NCBI GenBank assembly: GCA_013265495.1
Contig: MU062035.1
Coordinates: forward strand, 434,001 to 498,000
DNA length: 64,000 nucleotides
Reading direction: 5' to 3'
Origin: Vicugna vicugna
Lineage: Eukaryota
Part shown: positions 11,021 to 23,800 of the stretch, piece by piece
Numbering within the stretch: the first letter of the stretch is position 1
Layout: every line of letters starts with the position of its first letter
Notes under the pieces: generated by a model
Databases searched by the model: none
Told to the model about the DNA's origin: nothing
Seen by the model: only the letters and a program-made list of their open reading frames with translations
Made by a program: the position numbers and the translations under genes

Positions 11021-13409
11021 GAGAAACAGAAGGTTTTAGGGGTGCTGGCACACACCAGTGGACAGATTAGGTGATGAGTCAGGGAGAGAGGCTGAATCAG
11101 ATCTGCTGTGGCCTTGGAGGCCGGAGAAGAGGATGGACGTCATTCCAAATGCCATGACAGGAAGCTGAGGCTTTTACGTGGGGAGATTGAAAGGTATCCC
11201 AGTTTTCACCAACCCATCTTGCTGACTGGCCAGGAACGAGGAAAAGAACTAGACGTTCAACATTTTCAAATAAGATCACCTGATTAGCGCTGCCTTGTTT
11301 TGGTTTACCCAGGCCTAGGGCTGCACTGAGTCTGCACTTGCAGGTGCCGGGGTTAAGGTGTGGGAACCTGGACCCCTGCTGTTACATACCATCAGCCCCT
11401 CCTGTCTCCCCTTCTCAGATGGAGATCAGCTTCACAAGCCTGATGGCCAAGGAAATACTTACTCCCTCCTCTGGAAATATACTATATTTGCCTCGAGTTG
11501 AGGGGAAGGAAGGAACCGACCTCCACTTTTTTTTTCTTCTTTTTTTTTTTTAACAGTCTTGTCCAATTACCTCTTAAGGATGTGGCAGGAAGAAGCTGTC
11601 AGAGTTTTTTTTTTTTTTCCCCCAATCTTTTTCCTCTTGAGGCAGTACACATTTTTAGAAAGAAAAGTAAAGGAGACACTGTGTGGGCCAGGTCCGTGGT
11701 ATCTCCATGATCTTGCCTTCCTTCCCAGCTTCTTCCCTCATCGGAGGAAGGTCAGCAGTAAGAGACTTAGGTGAGGACAGTATTTAAAAAAAAATTTTCC
11801 TGAGTCACTGATTTGGAAATTAAGACAGATTTGCCTAAGGCCCTACAGTGACTCAATCGAGGCTTTTGACTCTTGATGCCTCAGAGTCGCATGCATTTTC
11901 CACGTGATCAGCAAAGTCTTGTGCAATAAATGAATACGTTTCGATTTTGAGCTTAAAAGACTCCCAATAACAGGATTAATAGGCACCTTGTTTTTTGTTT
12001 TTGTTTTTTCTTTTTTCTTTGCCATGTTTTTAACAGGCAAGGATGGATTCCATATTTGAGCTCTGAGCAAGGGGCAATTATCTGCACATGAACATGTACA
12101 CTGGGCCCCCTCCCCTTCCCTGCAAGAAGTCTTTCAAGACTAAAATGTCCCTCACTTCTCCCACCCACTCACATACCTATGCAAACTTTGGGAATCTGGT
12201 CGGCAGTGAGACTGTAAATTCCTCCTGAATGTTTAAAAAGTTGGACCTGACCATTGCCCAATGCGTGAAGATAGAAACAATATGGCAGAAATGCCACCAC
12301 CTTGCATCACAGGTATACAGCCAAGTGATAATAACACCTGTTGAAGCTGTCATGTGCCCAAATCACAAGTAGCCATTTATTGGAAGGTGGTGCCCAACAG
12401 AAGATGCTGCCCAGATGATGGCTTGCTATTAACAGCAGGGAGGAATCGTGAAGCTAGTTCATTCCACCTTGGGCTGAATGGATTCTCAACAGCTGGAGTT
12501 GCATCAGACAAGTTGGGGCCTGGAGGCACCCTGCTCTGGGTGGAGTGGGAAGGGAGTGCTCCAAAGCTATTAGACTGGTCATTCAAGCCGGCTTTCCTCC
12601 TGCTTGTCACAAACACCTTTGGACACTAGGCTATTTCTTTCCTCTTTCAAAGGAGTGTGTCGTCTGCGATCAACCTTTTCTCTACCTGTCCAATGACTGC
12701 AGCCTCAATGCCCACCTGTCATTCTGCCCTCTTTCTGACTCCACAGAGGCAGTTATCCCCTGTTTTCCTGAACTCAGTACTATTAAGAACATACCCTGGT
12801 TTTAGAGATTTTGCTTCTTTTCCTGAAGAGTTAGACCACGCCCCTATTGAGTCACCTCCTAGAATATTATGAAGAAAGGTAAAGGCATCCTTGGCCCAGA
12901 AAAGGGTACACATGGTTTCTGGGCTCCACTATTTGCTATATGATTTTAGGCAAATTACCCTTATCCCTCATTTTTTTTTTTCATCTGTACAAGAACTGTT
13001 GTTTGAGGATGCACGAGACGAATGTATGTAAGTTAGTTCAACTCACAGTTGGTATTCAGCACTTACCATTTTTGGTCATAGCCTTCAGTCCTGGGGTGGG
13101 AAGAGAATGCAGCCATGTTTCTGTAGTAGTTGTTCTCCTTTTCCTGACACATAATTTTGCCCCTTATCCAGTCACATAAAAACAAAAAATAGCTACCACC
13201 GTCTTTGGTCTCTCCTGGGGAAACTGAGGGGCGGGGAGGTAACTTCTTGATGTGTACAGGGTGGGATCCATCTTGGATAATCTGCTCGATCACTGTTTCA
13301 GATCCATGCTGGGGTGACTAGGTCTGGGAGGCTAAGGGTGGGGTAGCCTGAGCAGAGAAGAGAGAAAACTGGGGAGCTGCAGCTGAGAATTGGGGTATCT
13401 TGAGAATAA

Positions 13410-13510
13410 AAAGGGTGATAATCATTTCACAATATACACGTATGTCGAATCACTATGTCGAAACTAATATAATGTTATACATCAACTATATCTCAACTTT
13501 TAAAAAGAAG
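13410..13510 (+). mobile_element. Short L1M 3'-end fragment
   Basis: GATAATCATTTCACAATATACACGTATGTCGAATCACTATG...AATGTTATACATCAACTATATCTCAA is a typical L1MA/MB terminus. Confidence 0.65.
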
Positions 13511-13899
13511 GAAAGAAATACAATGACAATATATTGACATTAAAAAAAGAATTAAAAGGAGGAACTAATGTATGTATCAGGAATATAATTATCTGGGGAC
13601 CTAGTGAGTAAGTGAGCCAGGTAGGCTTCAAAACATGGTGAATTTGGGGAGGGCAGTGTTGGGGGATAAGGAGAATTGTTCGGTGGGTTTCTGGGCGGAG
13701 GCAATGGGGCCCTCGGGGTATGTGGACCAGCTGAAGAAGCGGGATGAGGGTGAGTTGGCGGCGGCTTCGGAACCGAAGGGGAAGCGAAGAGGGCGTGTTT
13801 TGGAGATGGGGAGGGGCTCCAAGGAGCCGAAGTGGCCTGGAAGTTTAGGACTGGGCGGCGAGGCTGGGTCTCTGGGCTGAGAGCCGGGGTCTGAGCACT

Positions 13900-14810
13900 G
13901 AGGGGTCTCGGGGCTAAGGAGGGGGGGCTACAGGCGGAGTCTGGGCCGAGGGGGTCTCCGGCTGGCGGGGGCGGGGTCTCCAGATGCCCGGGGTCTGAGG
14001 GGGCCTCCGGGATCCCCGGCCGCAGGCGGGCTCCAGGGTCTCCGAGAAGGGCCGAGGGACCCGGGCCTGTGGGCTGAGGGGGTCTGGGCCCGAGAGGGGC
14101 CTCCGGGGCCCCGGCTCCGCGGGCGCGGCGCGGCGTCCCCGCCCGACCGCCGGCCTTGGCGCCGCCCCGCCTGACATCAGTTCCTGCCGCCGCCGCCGCC
14201 GCCGCCGCGCAGAGCCCCGCGGCCTCCTTCCCCGCCGGCCGCGCTCCGGAACCGGCGCGGGAAGCGGCGGCGGCGGGGCGGCGGCGGCGGCGGCGCCATG
14301 GAGCCACGGGAGGTGAAGGACCGGATCCTGGAGAACATCTCGCTGTCGGTGAAGAAGGTGAGCGCGGCCTGCCCACCCCCCACCCCCGGCCCGGGCCTCG
14401 AGCCCAGCCCGGCCGGCCCAGCCCGACCCCCTGCCCTCACCCAGCACCCACTCCTTCCCCAGGGTTGCTCTCCCGGGCCGGGGGGGTCCCTCCTGTCGCC
14501 GGGTCTCGGGACCCCGCCCTTGCCCTCCGCGCCCCCGGGGACCAGGAGCCGCCGGGAACCCCGGGCCGATGGAGGGGAAGCGGGGCGGCTCACGTGAGTG
14601 CCGCTGCCTCCAAGCTATTTTTAAAGAACAAAGTTGAGGTCAGCATCCTGGGAGCTTCCACAAGCCAGGCCCCGGGGCCCTGCGTCACTTAGAGGGGCTG
14701 CCACCTGCCAGGATAAACCATCGCCCCCCAAACCCCCGCCACTCTGAGGGGAGCCGCAGAAAAGCTCCCCTGCAGAGCGTGCAGCGCATCCCTGGGCGGC
14801 ATCACTGCAT
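13900..14810. promoter_or_regulatory. CpG island / promoter of PLEKHM2
   Basis: Very high GC and CpG density, many GGGCGG/CCGCCC boxes, a CRE-like TGACATCA at 14172-14179, and GCC/GGC repeats before the ATG at 14298. Confidence 0.92.
14298..14357 (+). CDS. PLEKHM2: PLEKHM2 exon 1 (coding part)
   Basis: GCGCC-ATG-G Kozak context; MEPREVKDRILENISLSVKK; donor AAG|GTGAGC. Confidence 0.96.
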
Positions 14811-17800
14811 CCTGGATCTCCCCTGTGCTTGCGTCTCCGCGAGTTGACAGTCAGGGTGCAGGCCTGTGATAAGCAGCTTCCAGCCTTCTCAGTTCTGATT
14901 GACATTGCTTTTGGCCCTGGGAAGTTCCTTGAATAATCTTGTCCAAGGATGGCGGTTTTGAAGAGACTTATTTCAGAACATTGATTGAGACCCTAAAGTA
15001 CCTGGGGACTGCATTTTGGACAGTGACCTGTGACTTGGTGACACCACAATGTGTGGGGCTCCCTGCAGTAGAAATCAGTGCCCCAGTTCCAGGTAGAGAA
15101 GAAATATGACCTGTAAGGGTATGTAACTGTATGTGTGAGGAAATCAGCTTGTTTGAGAAAGGGTCCCGTGCCAGAAGGTATTCACATTCACTTAAAACCA
15201 AACCAGAAGTGACAGACATTTGAGGAATACTGCTGGATTGTTTTCCCAATTTGAATTCCTGGTTCACCTGATAGTCTCAGAAACTGGGGTTGGTGGGAGG
15301 TTCATCAGATTAATTTAACTCAACAAACCAAAATGAAGAGAATTGATTAAATCAACCATTGTATTTCGATGATCGTGTCTCCCCGCTCCCCCCCCCACTT
15401 AAATTCCTCAAAAGCAACATAGGCAAGCAATTTTACCTTTCATAAAGATTAGTGTGGCTTAAGAAAGAAAAGTAGATTCAAAATGCTTTTACTAAAACGT
15501 TTCTCTTAAAAGCACAACTAAAAATGACATTGTGGACATGCAGCAAAAGTTCTGTTTATTTAGTTTTCCTGAGCTTTGCTAATGCAATGCTGTATTGTTT
15601 TTGCTTACTCAAGGGGTGTAGGATGAGCAAATATTTCATTTAAAAGCAATACATCTTTGGTAATGGAAGAGAAAGGAAGACTGCTGACCTTTCTAATCTG
15701 ATCTGGGCTGATTATGGCTTCAGGTGGGCAATGCATTTTGTCTTTGAATTCCAATGTATAAGTAAATGGGGAAAGTCTGAGTAGAAAGGGAGTAGACATG
15801 GGCAGTCTGTCATGTGTGTAAGCACGGGTCTTTTGAGTGCAGCGATCCACTCTGTAAATCAGGCTGCCATTGATGAAGGAGTTGGATGTGTTTGACGAGA
15901 CTCTTATCATTGTATGCATTTGGACAGCATGTTTTATTGAGCTGTAATGTATGCCAGAAGATATAAGTCACGTACTAGAAACTGGAAACCCATCCCTGGG
16001 TGCATCACAACCAAAGGCATGACTAGCATTGTGGTTAAGAACATGGATCCTGGAGTTTGGCTGCCTGGGTTGCATCCCTGCCCTGCCAATGAATAACCCT
16101 GTAACCTTGAATAGATTCCTTACTCTCCATGCCTCAGTTTTCTTTTCTGTAAAGCAGGGATGAAATTAGGGTTGTTGTGAAGATTTAATGAGAGTATGTA
16201 TGTAGAGTGTTCAGCATGATGCTTGACCCAATCTTAATAAGTTGTCTTAGTCTGTTTGGGCTGCTGTAACAAACCATCACAGGCTGGGTGGCTTGTAAAC
16301 AATATAAATTTGTCACAGTTCTGAAGGCTGGAATGCTNNNNNNNNNNNNNNNNNNNNNNNNNNNNNNNNNNNNNNNNNNNNNNNNNNNNNNNNNNNNNNN
16401 NNNNNNNNNNNNNNNNNNNNNNNNNNNNNNNNNNNNNNNNNNNNNNNNNNNNNNNNNNNNNNNNNNNNNNNNNNNNNNNNNNNNNNNNNNNNNNNNNNNN
16501 NNNNNNNNNNNNNNNNNNNNNNNNNNNNNNNNNNNNNNNNNNNNNNNNNNNNNNNNNNNNNNNNNNNNNNNNNNNNNNNNNNNNNNNNNNNNNNNNNNNA
16601 ACATTGGGTCTGTTGAGTAAGTGGTCACTTTTTCTGTTTGTTTGTGGTAGAGCCGATTCTTCACTTTTACAAGGTCTGAAGATGGCTTAAGGCCTCACCA
16701 CCTAAACGTTGTTGTATACCATTTGGACTCATCAGCCACCTCCTTTGTATATTGTGTTTCAGAGAACTGTTTGTTTTATGATTTTCACATCATGAAGGGC
16801 ATTTCGTTTTCCAAATCAGAGTATCTGCTTCCAATAGGAGTCAGTTAGCTGGGCTACAGTAGTAGGCTTTGAGGGCCAACATTCGTGGGGTCAGGTTTAT
16901 CCTTGAATACCAGTCTCACTGAAATTTGTAAGAGTTCCTTCACCTTTTTCTTCCATCCTACCACTAATAAATGGTCAAACTGATCCTTTTATAAGGATGT
17001 TGCATGAAGAAAATGAGATATGGATTTCTGCATAAAAAGATCCATGTTATCAGCAATGTTTGCAAAGAATATTTTAGAAATTTTTTTCTTCTTGAAGTAT
17101 AGTTGATTTACAGTGTTAGATTAGAATTCTTTATTGAAATAGAATATACCTACAGAAAATAGAATGTACCGACCCTCGTAAGTATACAGCTGAATGAACT
17201 CTCACAAGGTGAGCACAGCCGCACATCCAGTACCCGGAGTGAGAAATGAACACAGCCATGATCCCAGAAGCACCCCCTTGTTCCCCTCCCGGAAACTGTA
17301 CCCCCGAGTGCAACCACTCTCCCTCAGCACCGTCGCAGAGTTCAGCTATTTTCAGACCTAGACTTCGTGATGCTGAACGTGCTGTAACACCAGAGAGGTG
17401 CAGCAGCTGATCCAAGGAACCTGGTTGTGCTATGAAGGCAGGATTCCTGGGGGTTAGAGAAAATCAGAGGGGTAATAGTTAGGACAGCTAAATGGAAATG
17501 ATAATAATGAAAAGCCAGTTCCATCTGTTCTGGAAAAGGAGCGAGTGTTGGAAACATCCCAGGTGCAGATAATAAAGCTTGTGGTTGCTGATTTGTTAAT
17601 AGGTGAAGAGAGACATCCAAGCCAAAGAGAGTGTTGGCATTTTAAATTGGCATGTGTTTCTACTAAATAACATCTCCCCTACTGGCGGGAAGGCAGTGGT
17701 TTTCATGAGTTTTGATTTTGAGGAGCGTGTCTGTTGTGTACACTTGCAGTATGAGCAAAGCCTCTGTGCTGTAGAAGGCAGCCTCTCCCCTCCAACAATT

Positions 17801-20800
17801 CATTTATTGGTTGGAGGAAGAATTAAATCACTAGGGAAGGAAGAGCCCTTAGAAAAGGTGGGCTTAACTGAGTCTTAACAAATCAGTAGAATTCAGAGAA
17901 AGAGAAGAAGCGGGCATTTAAGATGGAAGGAACAGCCTCAAACACCCCCAGGGCAGTGGAGACTTCCGAGGACAGCGAGGAGACAGACCAGCCTCAAGAG
18001 TGCTGGGGGTTCTGCTAGGTGTGGCTGATGGTGCCCCCCATGGAAGCTTTACAGCATGGGAGGCACAAGTGCAGGCTTCAGAGGTGCACAGACCCGGCTC
18101 TGGCCTGGAATTTGGGGTTTGTCACTGACCGTGTTGACCCTGGCAAATTACTGGACCTCAATTGACCTCAGCAGTTAGACCCTACTCACAGTTGTAACCA
18201 GAATTAAATTACAGGAGATAATAGACTCAAAGCACTGAGCACAATATCTCACGCATAACAAAGCCTGAAGAAGGTTGTAGCTACCTTGGCCCTTGCGAGA
18301 GTCCATGTGAAGCCCGTGGTTTTCTCTTGGGCGGTTTTCAAAGTCTCAACACTACACTTCTCTGTTTCTTCAAGCTCAGGGTTTGTCAGACTTTTTCTTC
18401 AAAGGTCAGATGGTAGATGTTTTCCGCCCATGTGGTCTTTGTCGAAACTCTCCAGTTCTGCTCTTCCAGCTCAGAAGCAACCACGGACAATCCATGCACA
18501 TATGAGCGTGTCTCTATACCAGTAAACCTTTGTTTACGTAAACAGGCAGCAGGCTGGATCTGGCCTGGAGCTACTTTGTATTCACACACACAAAAGTCCT
18601 CCCCACCAGAGGCCAGGGATGCTTTCAGAGAAACTGGTGTGGTGGCTGGTCCCATAGTTAACAAAATCTCTATTGTAACTCGGTTTTTGCACTATGTCAA
18701 GCTTGTGGAATAAATACGGACACTCGTAAATACCCTATATGCCCACGCATCTTGTTTTTCAAAAACATTTACTAATCACCTACCTTATGTCCCCCTGCCC
18801 TAGACCCTGAAAGGGTTGTAGTGAGCAAGGCAGATAAGATCTCTGGAGTGGATATTCCACTAGGAGGAGAGAGCCAGCAGTTAGCAGACAAACCAATACA
18901 AAGACACGGAGGTTGTGATGAGTCCTGAGGGCTTCAGTCAGGATCCTGTGGGCTGGCTGGGAGTTTGCTGCCGGCCAGGTGGTCAGGGAAGACCCATCTA
19001 AAGAGGTGGATGGCCTTGCTTCCAGCGAGGGACACTGACTCGGATAAGAGAGTGAGACGATGGTCTAAGAAAATGAGTAGTTGTTTTAAAGAATACACAA
19101 GTAGCTCAGAAGTATTTAAAATAAATAGTAGGTGGGCCTGTCCTCCATCTCCTCAGCCCCAATTTGGATCCCCTTAAACGGGACGAATAAATGGATTTGA
19201 GTAAAGTCACCATCCTTCAGGGAATGTTCCCAGGTCAGGTTGTGACAGCCTTCTCTCACAGAGGACAAGCCAGGTCCCCACCGCACGCCCTGCGTTGGGC
19301 GGGGGTCCCCGAGCAGGGGTCCCCAGTCGGGGTCTGCTGGTTTGGGAGCTGCAGCTGTCCGGCCTCGCCTGTCAGTGCAGCTGGAGAGGCTGGCTCGGCA
19401 GGTGGACTTTTCCACCGCTATTCCACTCCTCCAGAGAGGTTAGATCTGCCAGAACATTAAAAATGAGCTAGGGCAGCTCATTCCCAGAGAGGGCCCGGTA
19501 GTTAAAGGTATGTGGGGATCACATCGACCATTTGGTTTCAATCAATAGTTTTGTTCTCTTGGCTTCATGGAGAAACTCTTAAGAGTTTTAAAATCTTAAG
19601 CGTTCTGAAAATCCCTAATGACCCCAGTCACCTGGGCAAAGATCTCAAGAAAATAATAAATACACACACTTTATAAACCGAAGTCCTGAGGGCTGGGGGG
19701 CTCTCCTCGTCCCACTCCCAGGCCCCGTGTCTTGATGTCGGCAGGAGCTATTTCTGTGCCCCTTTCTCCTTTCACAGAGCAGAGGCTACCTGGTCCGGGA
19801 TGTGGGGCGCCAAGAGGCCCGGGGGGGAACCATACAAGAGCACCTGACCCCATGAGTGCCCCACCCAGGCCCAGCATGAGATGCTGGTGAAGTGGGAACT
19901 ACTTTTTCTGAGCCCCGCCTATTCAGTTTTTTTGTTGTTGTTTTTTGCGGGGCTGGGGTGGGGAAGGAGGTAGTTTGGTTTATTTATTTTTAGAGGAGGT
20001 ACTGGGGATTGAACCCAGGATCTCCTGCATGCTAAGCACGCCCTCTATCATTTGAGCTATACCTTCCCCCATTCAGTTTTAATGTAGTTCTCCTTTTACA
20101 AGATGCTTCTCCAGCGTTAGGGCTCTGTTTGCAGCCTCGTGACATTGTGATCCTTTCTGCCCCATCACAGAGCACCCTGGGCCCTCGCTTTCTCTGGGCC
20201 TTGGCTCTGGCATTAGGCTCATCCAGATCAAAAGGCCCTGTTTGATGACTGGAGGCCAGGCAGAAACAGGTCTCCATCCAGCAGCGGCAGGCCCCCGTTC
20301 AGTTGGAGGGGCTCCGGCCATCTTTCTGTAGTCACAATTGACACTCCAGAGTGTCAGATGGAGCAGTGGCGATTCCTGGGGCTCCCCCTCAAAACTTATC
20401 CAGCTGGAGCCCATTGTGAAAAGAAATTCCCCTCAAAATTGAAAGCCTACTGCTAACAGACAAAAATGACAGGTCTGAAAGCAAATGTTGAGTGAGGGCT
20501 GGAGTGGGCAAGATGTGTTCCAGTGTGGAAAGAAAGGAGCCGGTATTCGGGACGCGAGCAACGTGGGAGGAGGAGGTTGCGTTGGCAGGTGCCGGGGCTC
20601 CTGAGTGGGTCATTCTCCCCCCTCGAGTGTTCAGCGCTCATCTTGGCCGTCAGAATTCACCACCGCGGGGAGAAGAGTCAGGTGCCGCTGAGGCTGGGGT
20701 CCCCTCACCTCCAAGGACAGCAGTGGGGCTTTCCCCTCTTAACATAAAAAGCTCTCCCGGGTGACCTCACTGCTGATGGAGCAGACTTCTCAGCCGGGGA

Positions 20801-23800
20801 CCTGGGACCCCGCAGTGCAGGGAGGCGGAGTGAGCCACTCTGGGCCCAGAGCTGTCCTCCTCGGGGTCTACACCAGCCAGCAGGGCTGGCTGGTTTGGGT
20901 GAGTGCTCCTTTCCAGCCCTCTCCTCCCCCTCATTGCTGCTTGCTTACTGTGTGGACGTCCTCAAACTTCTGTTTGAGGCAGGAGAATAAGGACAATTTC
21001 TGGGAGAGCCCGTTCGGCTGGAGCTGAAAGTTAGGTCACTGACTTGTTGGTTATTGTAACCACCCAGGGTGCTGAGAGCTTCTCCTCTGTCTTCCTAGCA
21101 GAGCAGCTGGCCCCGCCACACAGACATTCTCCTGCCTTAGGTATTTGTAATTCATCTTTTTTTCCTTTTGCTTCTAAGTATGTACAAACAGTACAGAAAT
21201 ACATAAGGAGGAAAATATTCGTTTCCTGTAGTCTCCCCTCCTCCCTGAATAACTGTACTTAAGAGTTGGAACCAAAAGACTCTAAGAATCCCAGTAACAT
21301 GTAAGAACAAGGAAAGGACTAACATAGATTTGAAATCCACAGAAGTTGCCAAACTCAATTTTTGTGAGTAATCAGCCTCTGTTCACGGTTTCACCCTAAG
21401 TTCTTTATTTTTGGTGTTGCAGACTACTGAGGCATGAAGCGTCTAGACACACTGATGGGAAGCGGAGTGATCATGATACCAGAGCCATCCTTCTCTTAGT
21501 GCATTCAGCACCTGCTGTTTACACACGTTTCGTCAGTCAGGCTCACAACAGACCTGCAGGATAGATCATGACCCCTATTTAATATATGAGGGGCGTGAGG
21601 TTTAGGGAAGTAACTTGCCCAAGAGTATAATGTTCAGAAGGGGCAGAGCTGGACCTGAACCATATTTCTGGCTCTTGCTCTTTTTATTTCTCTGAGCCTT
21701 TTCCATCTCCATCATGCCTGTCTTGAAATTATTAAAGATAATCCATCCCTGCAAGGTCAATCCCCACAAGGTCCCCTACAAGGTCAGTCTGTGGGCCAGT
21801 CCTCTATAAATCCACCTGTTCATTTAACAAATATTTGTTGAGTGACTCCGTTGTGCTAAGCAGTCTTCTGGTCACTGGGAATCAGCAGTGGACAGGGCCC
21901 ACCAAGCCCCTGCCCCTTCAGGGCTTACACTCTAGAAGGGGAGACAGACACTGAACAGATCACAGTGGCTCAGGTGTGTGCCCTCCCTAATGCCCTTTGA
22001 TAACCGTTATGAATTTATAATCCATGAAGTTCCTGGCATGCTTCCTAACCCTGTATTTACATCTCCGAAGTCTCTGACCGTATTACACAGGGCTTAGAAA
22101 GAGGCAAGGGTGCCCTCCGAACCTAAGGTCATGATTTAGACAGTGACTCGATGACCATTTTCCTTAGCAACGATATGGTTGTCTGGGTGGGGGAAGTATT
22201 CATGAGGTCATGTTGCAGGTACGGCAGAGGAAAAGGGAAGTGAAAGATGAACACAGAACCAGCGAAGGCTCCTGGGCTTTGAAAGACTGATTGAAAAGAG
22301 GCTTTGAAAAACTCCCTTCCTCCCCCAGCCGATGCCACACACAGCACTGGATGTGAGCTCAGAAAGCAGCAGGGTTTCTGCCAGCTCCAGCTTCCATCGC
22401 GGTTTGAGTGTGGAGTAGAATCATGTGCGTCATGTTCTTTTAGGCCGTTGGTTGGTTCCTAGGCCTCTAATGTTTGTCTAGGAACCTCCTGGGAGAGCCT
22501 CTGACCATTTTCCCCTCCACTCAGAAAGGAGTCCTTGGTCCTGCATCAGAGGTCAACCCTGTGCTGAGTTCAGAGGCAGAACAACCATCGTTCCTTGGGG
22601 TTGGGGCGCTCCCTGCCAGGAGGGAGGAGCCTTTAACTGCTTTTGGAAACCATATTCTGTCAAATTACCCAAGAGATCTGTGTCCAGCTAGGCCAGTCCC
22701 TTCCTGCTATCATTGTTCCAACGCCCCCAAGGAAAGCACAAAGAAATGAAATCCATGGGTAATTCAAGTGCCTGCTTTTTTCAGCTTTCCCCCACCCCCA
22801 CATATCTTTCAACAGAGCAGCCAATAAAGCCGAGAGCCTGCCAACTCCAGCAAAGGGGCTAATGAGCAGTGATTGGAAAGTGAGAAAGAAAGCTGTATAA
22901 TTGGATGTGTTTAATGGCAAGTGAATGGTTAAGAAGCATTGATTTCATTCAGCTTGCTTAAGGAACAGGGCAGACCCACGATACACAAACAGTATACCCT
23001 TTATGGCGACCTCTGTGCGGGGCTGCCAGTCAGTCCCAGGATGCCACCCAGACTGGGCTCAAGCCCCTCCCAAGCGGGAACGTTGGCTGAAGGACAGTGT
23101 TTTTCGTGCCCACTGAGAAGTCAGGCTCGTCATTTCTGAAGCACAGGATCTCTGATTGGTTCCTGTGCGGGGGTGATGTCTGAGGTCTGTCGCCCTGTAA
23201 CCTGCTGTAACCATTCTCCAGGCTAAGGTGGGGTGGGATCTCAGGTTAGGGATTTTTAAATTAGGAGAATGAGTCAGAAGCATTGCAGTTGCTGGTGCTG
23301 GTGGAGCAGTGGATACCAGTGGGTGGAAGCCTCTGTTGACACTGTCATGTTGTCTAGAACAAAGTGTCTGGGACACTCCTGACACTGTCCTCCCAGCTTC
23401 CAATCAACAGGACCCTGGGAATGGCCCAAGGCCCTCACTGCTCTACCCGCCTCAGCAAGACGCTGGGATGAGCACTTCCCAGATGGTCACAGCAGGTGCC
23501 CCTCATGCCCAGGGCGGGTGGAAGCAGAAGGGGCTCCAGGAATCGCTACCTCTGTGGCGTCTGAACACATCTGGGTGCAGAAGGACCACTGGACAAAGCC
23601 AGGAGGTGCGGGAAGCATCTTTACCTCCCTGACCCCAGTCTCCCTGCCTGCAGGATGAGGGTTCTGGCTGAGTGATTCTTTTTCTGATTTTCAACACATT
23701 TAGTAGTTAAAGGTCCATTCACCAATAGCCTCTCTCTTGCTCACTCTGATTCTCCCCACCCCCAACCTCCTGAATGAGAGGCTCCAGGAAACTCTGTTTT

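Noticed and set aside
12240-12640. Unique-looking intergenic segment with 79-91 aa ORFs, considered as a pseudogene or integrase relic
   Set aside because: No convincing protein motif, poly(A) tail or TSD that I could support.
13552-14692. Long ORFs on both strands over the PLEKHM2 promoter (274, 177, 178 and 138 aa)
   Set aside because: Stop-poor CpG-island sequence giving Pro/Ala/Arg/Gly low-complexity translations with no recognisable domain.
16185-16664. ORFs spanning N-gaps (also 29282-29530, 37104-37532, 53497-53688)
   Set aside because: Artefacts of translating N runs.
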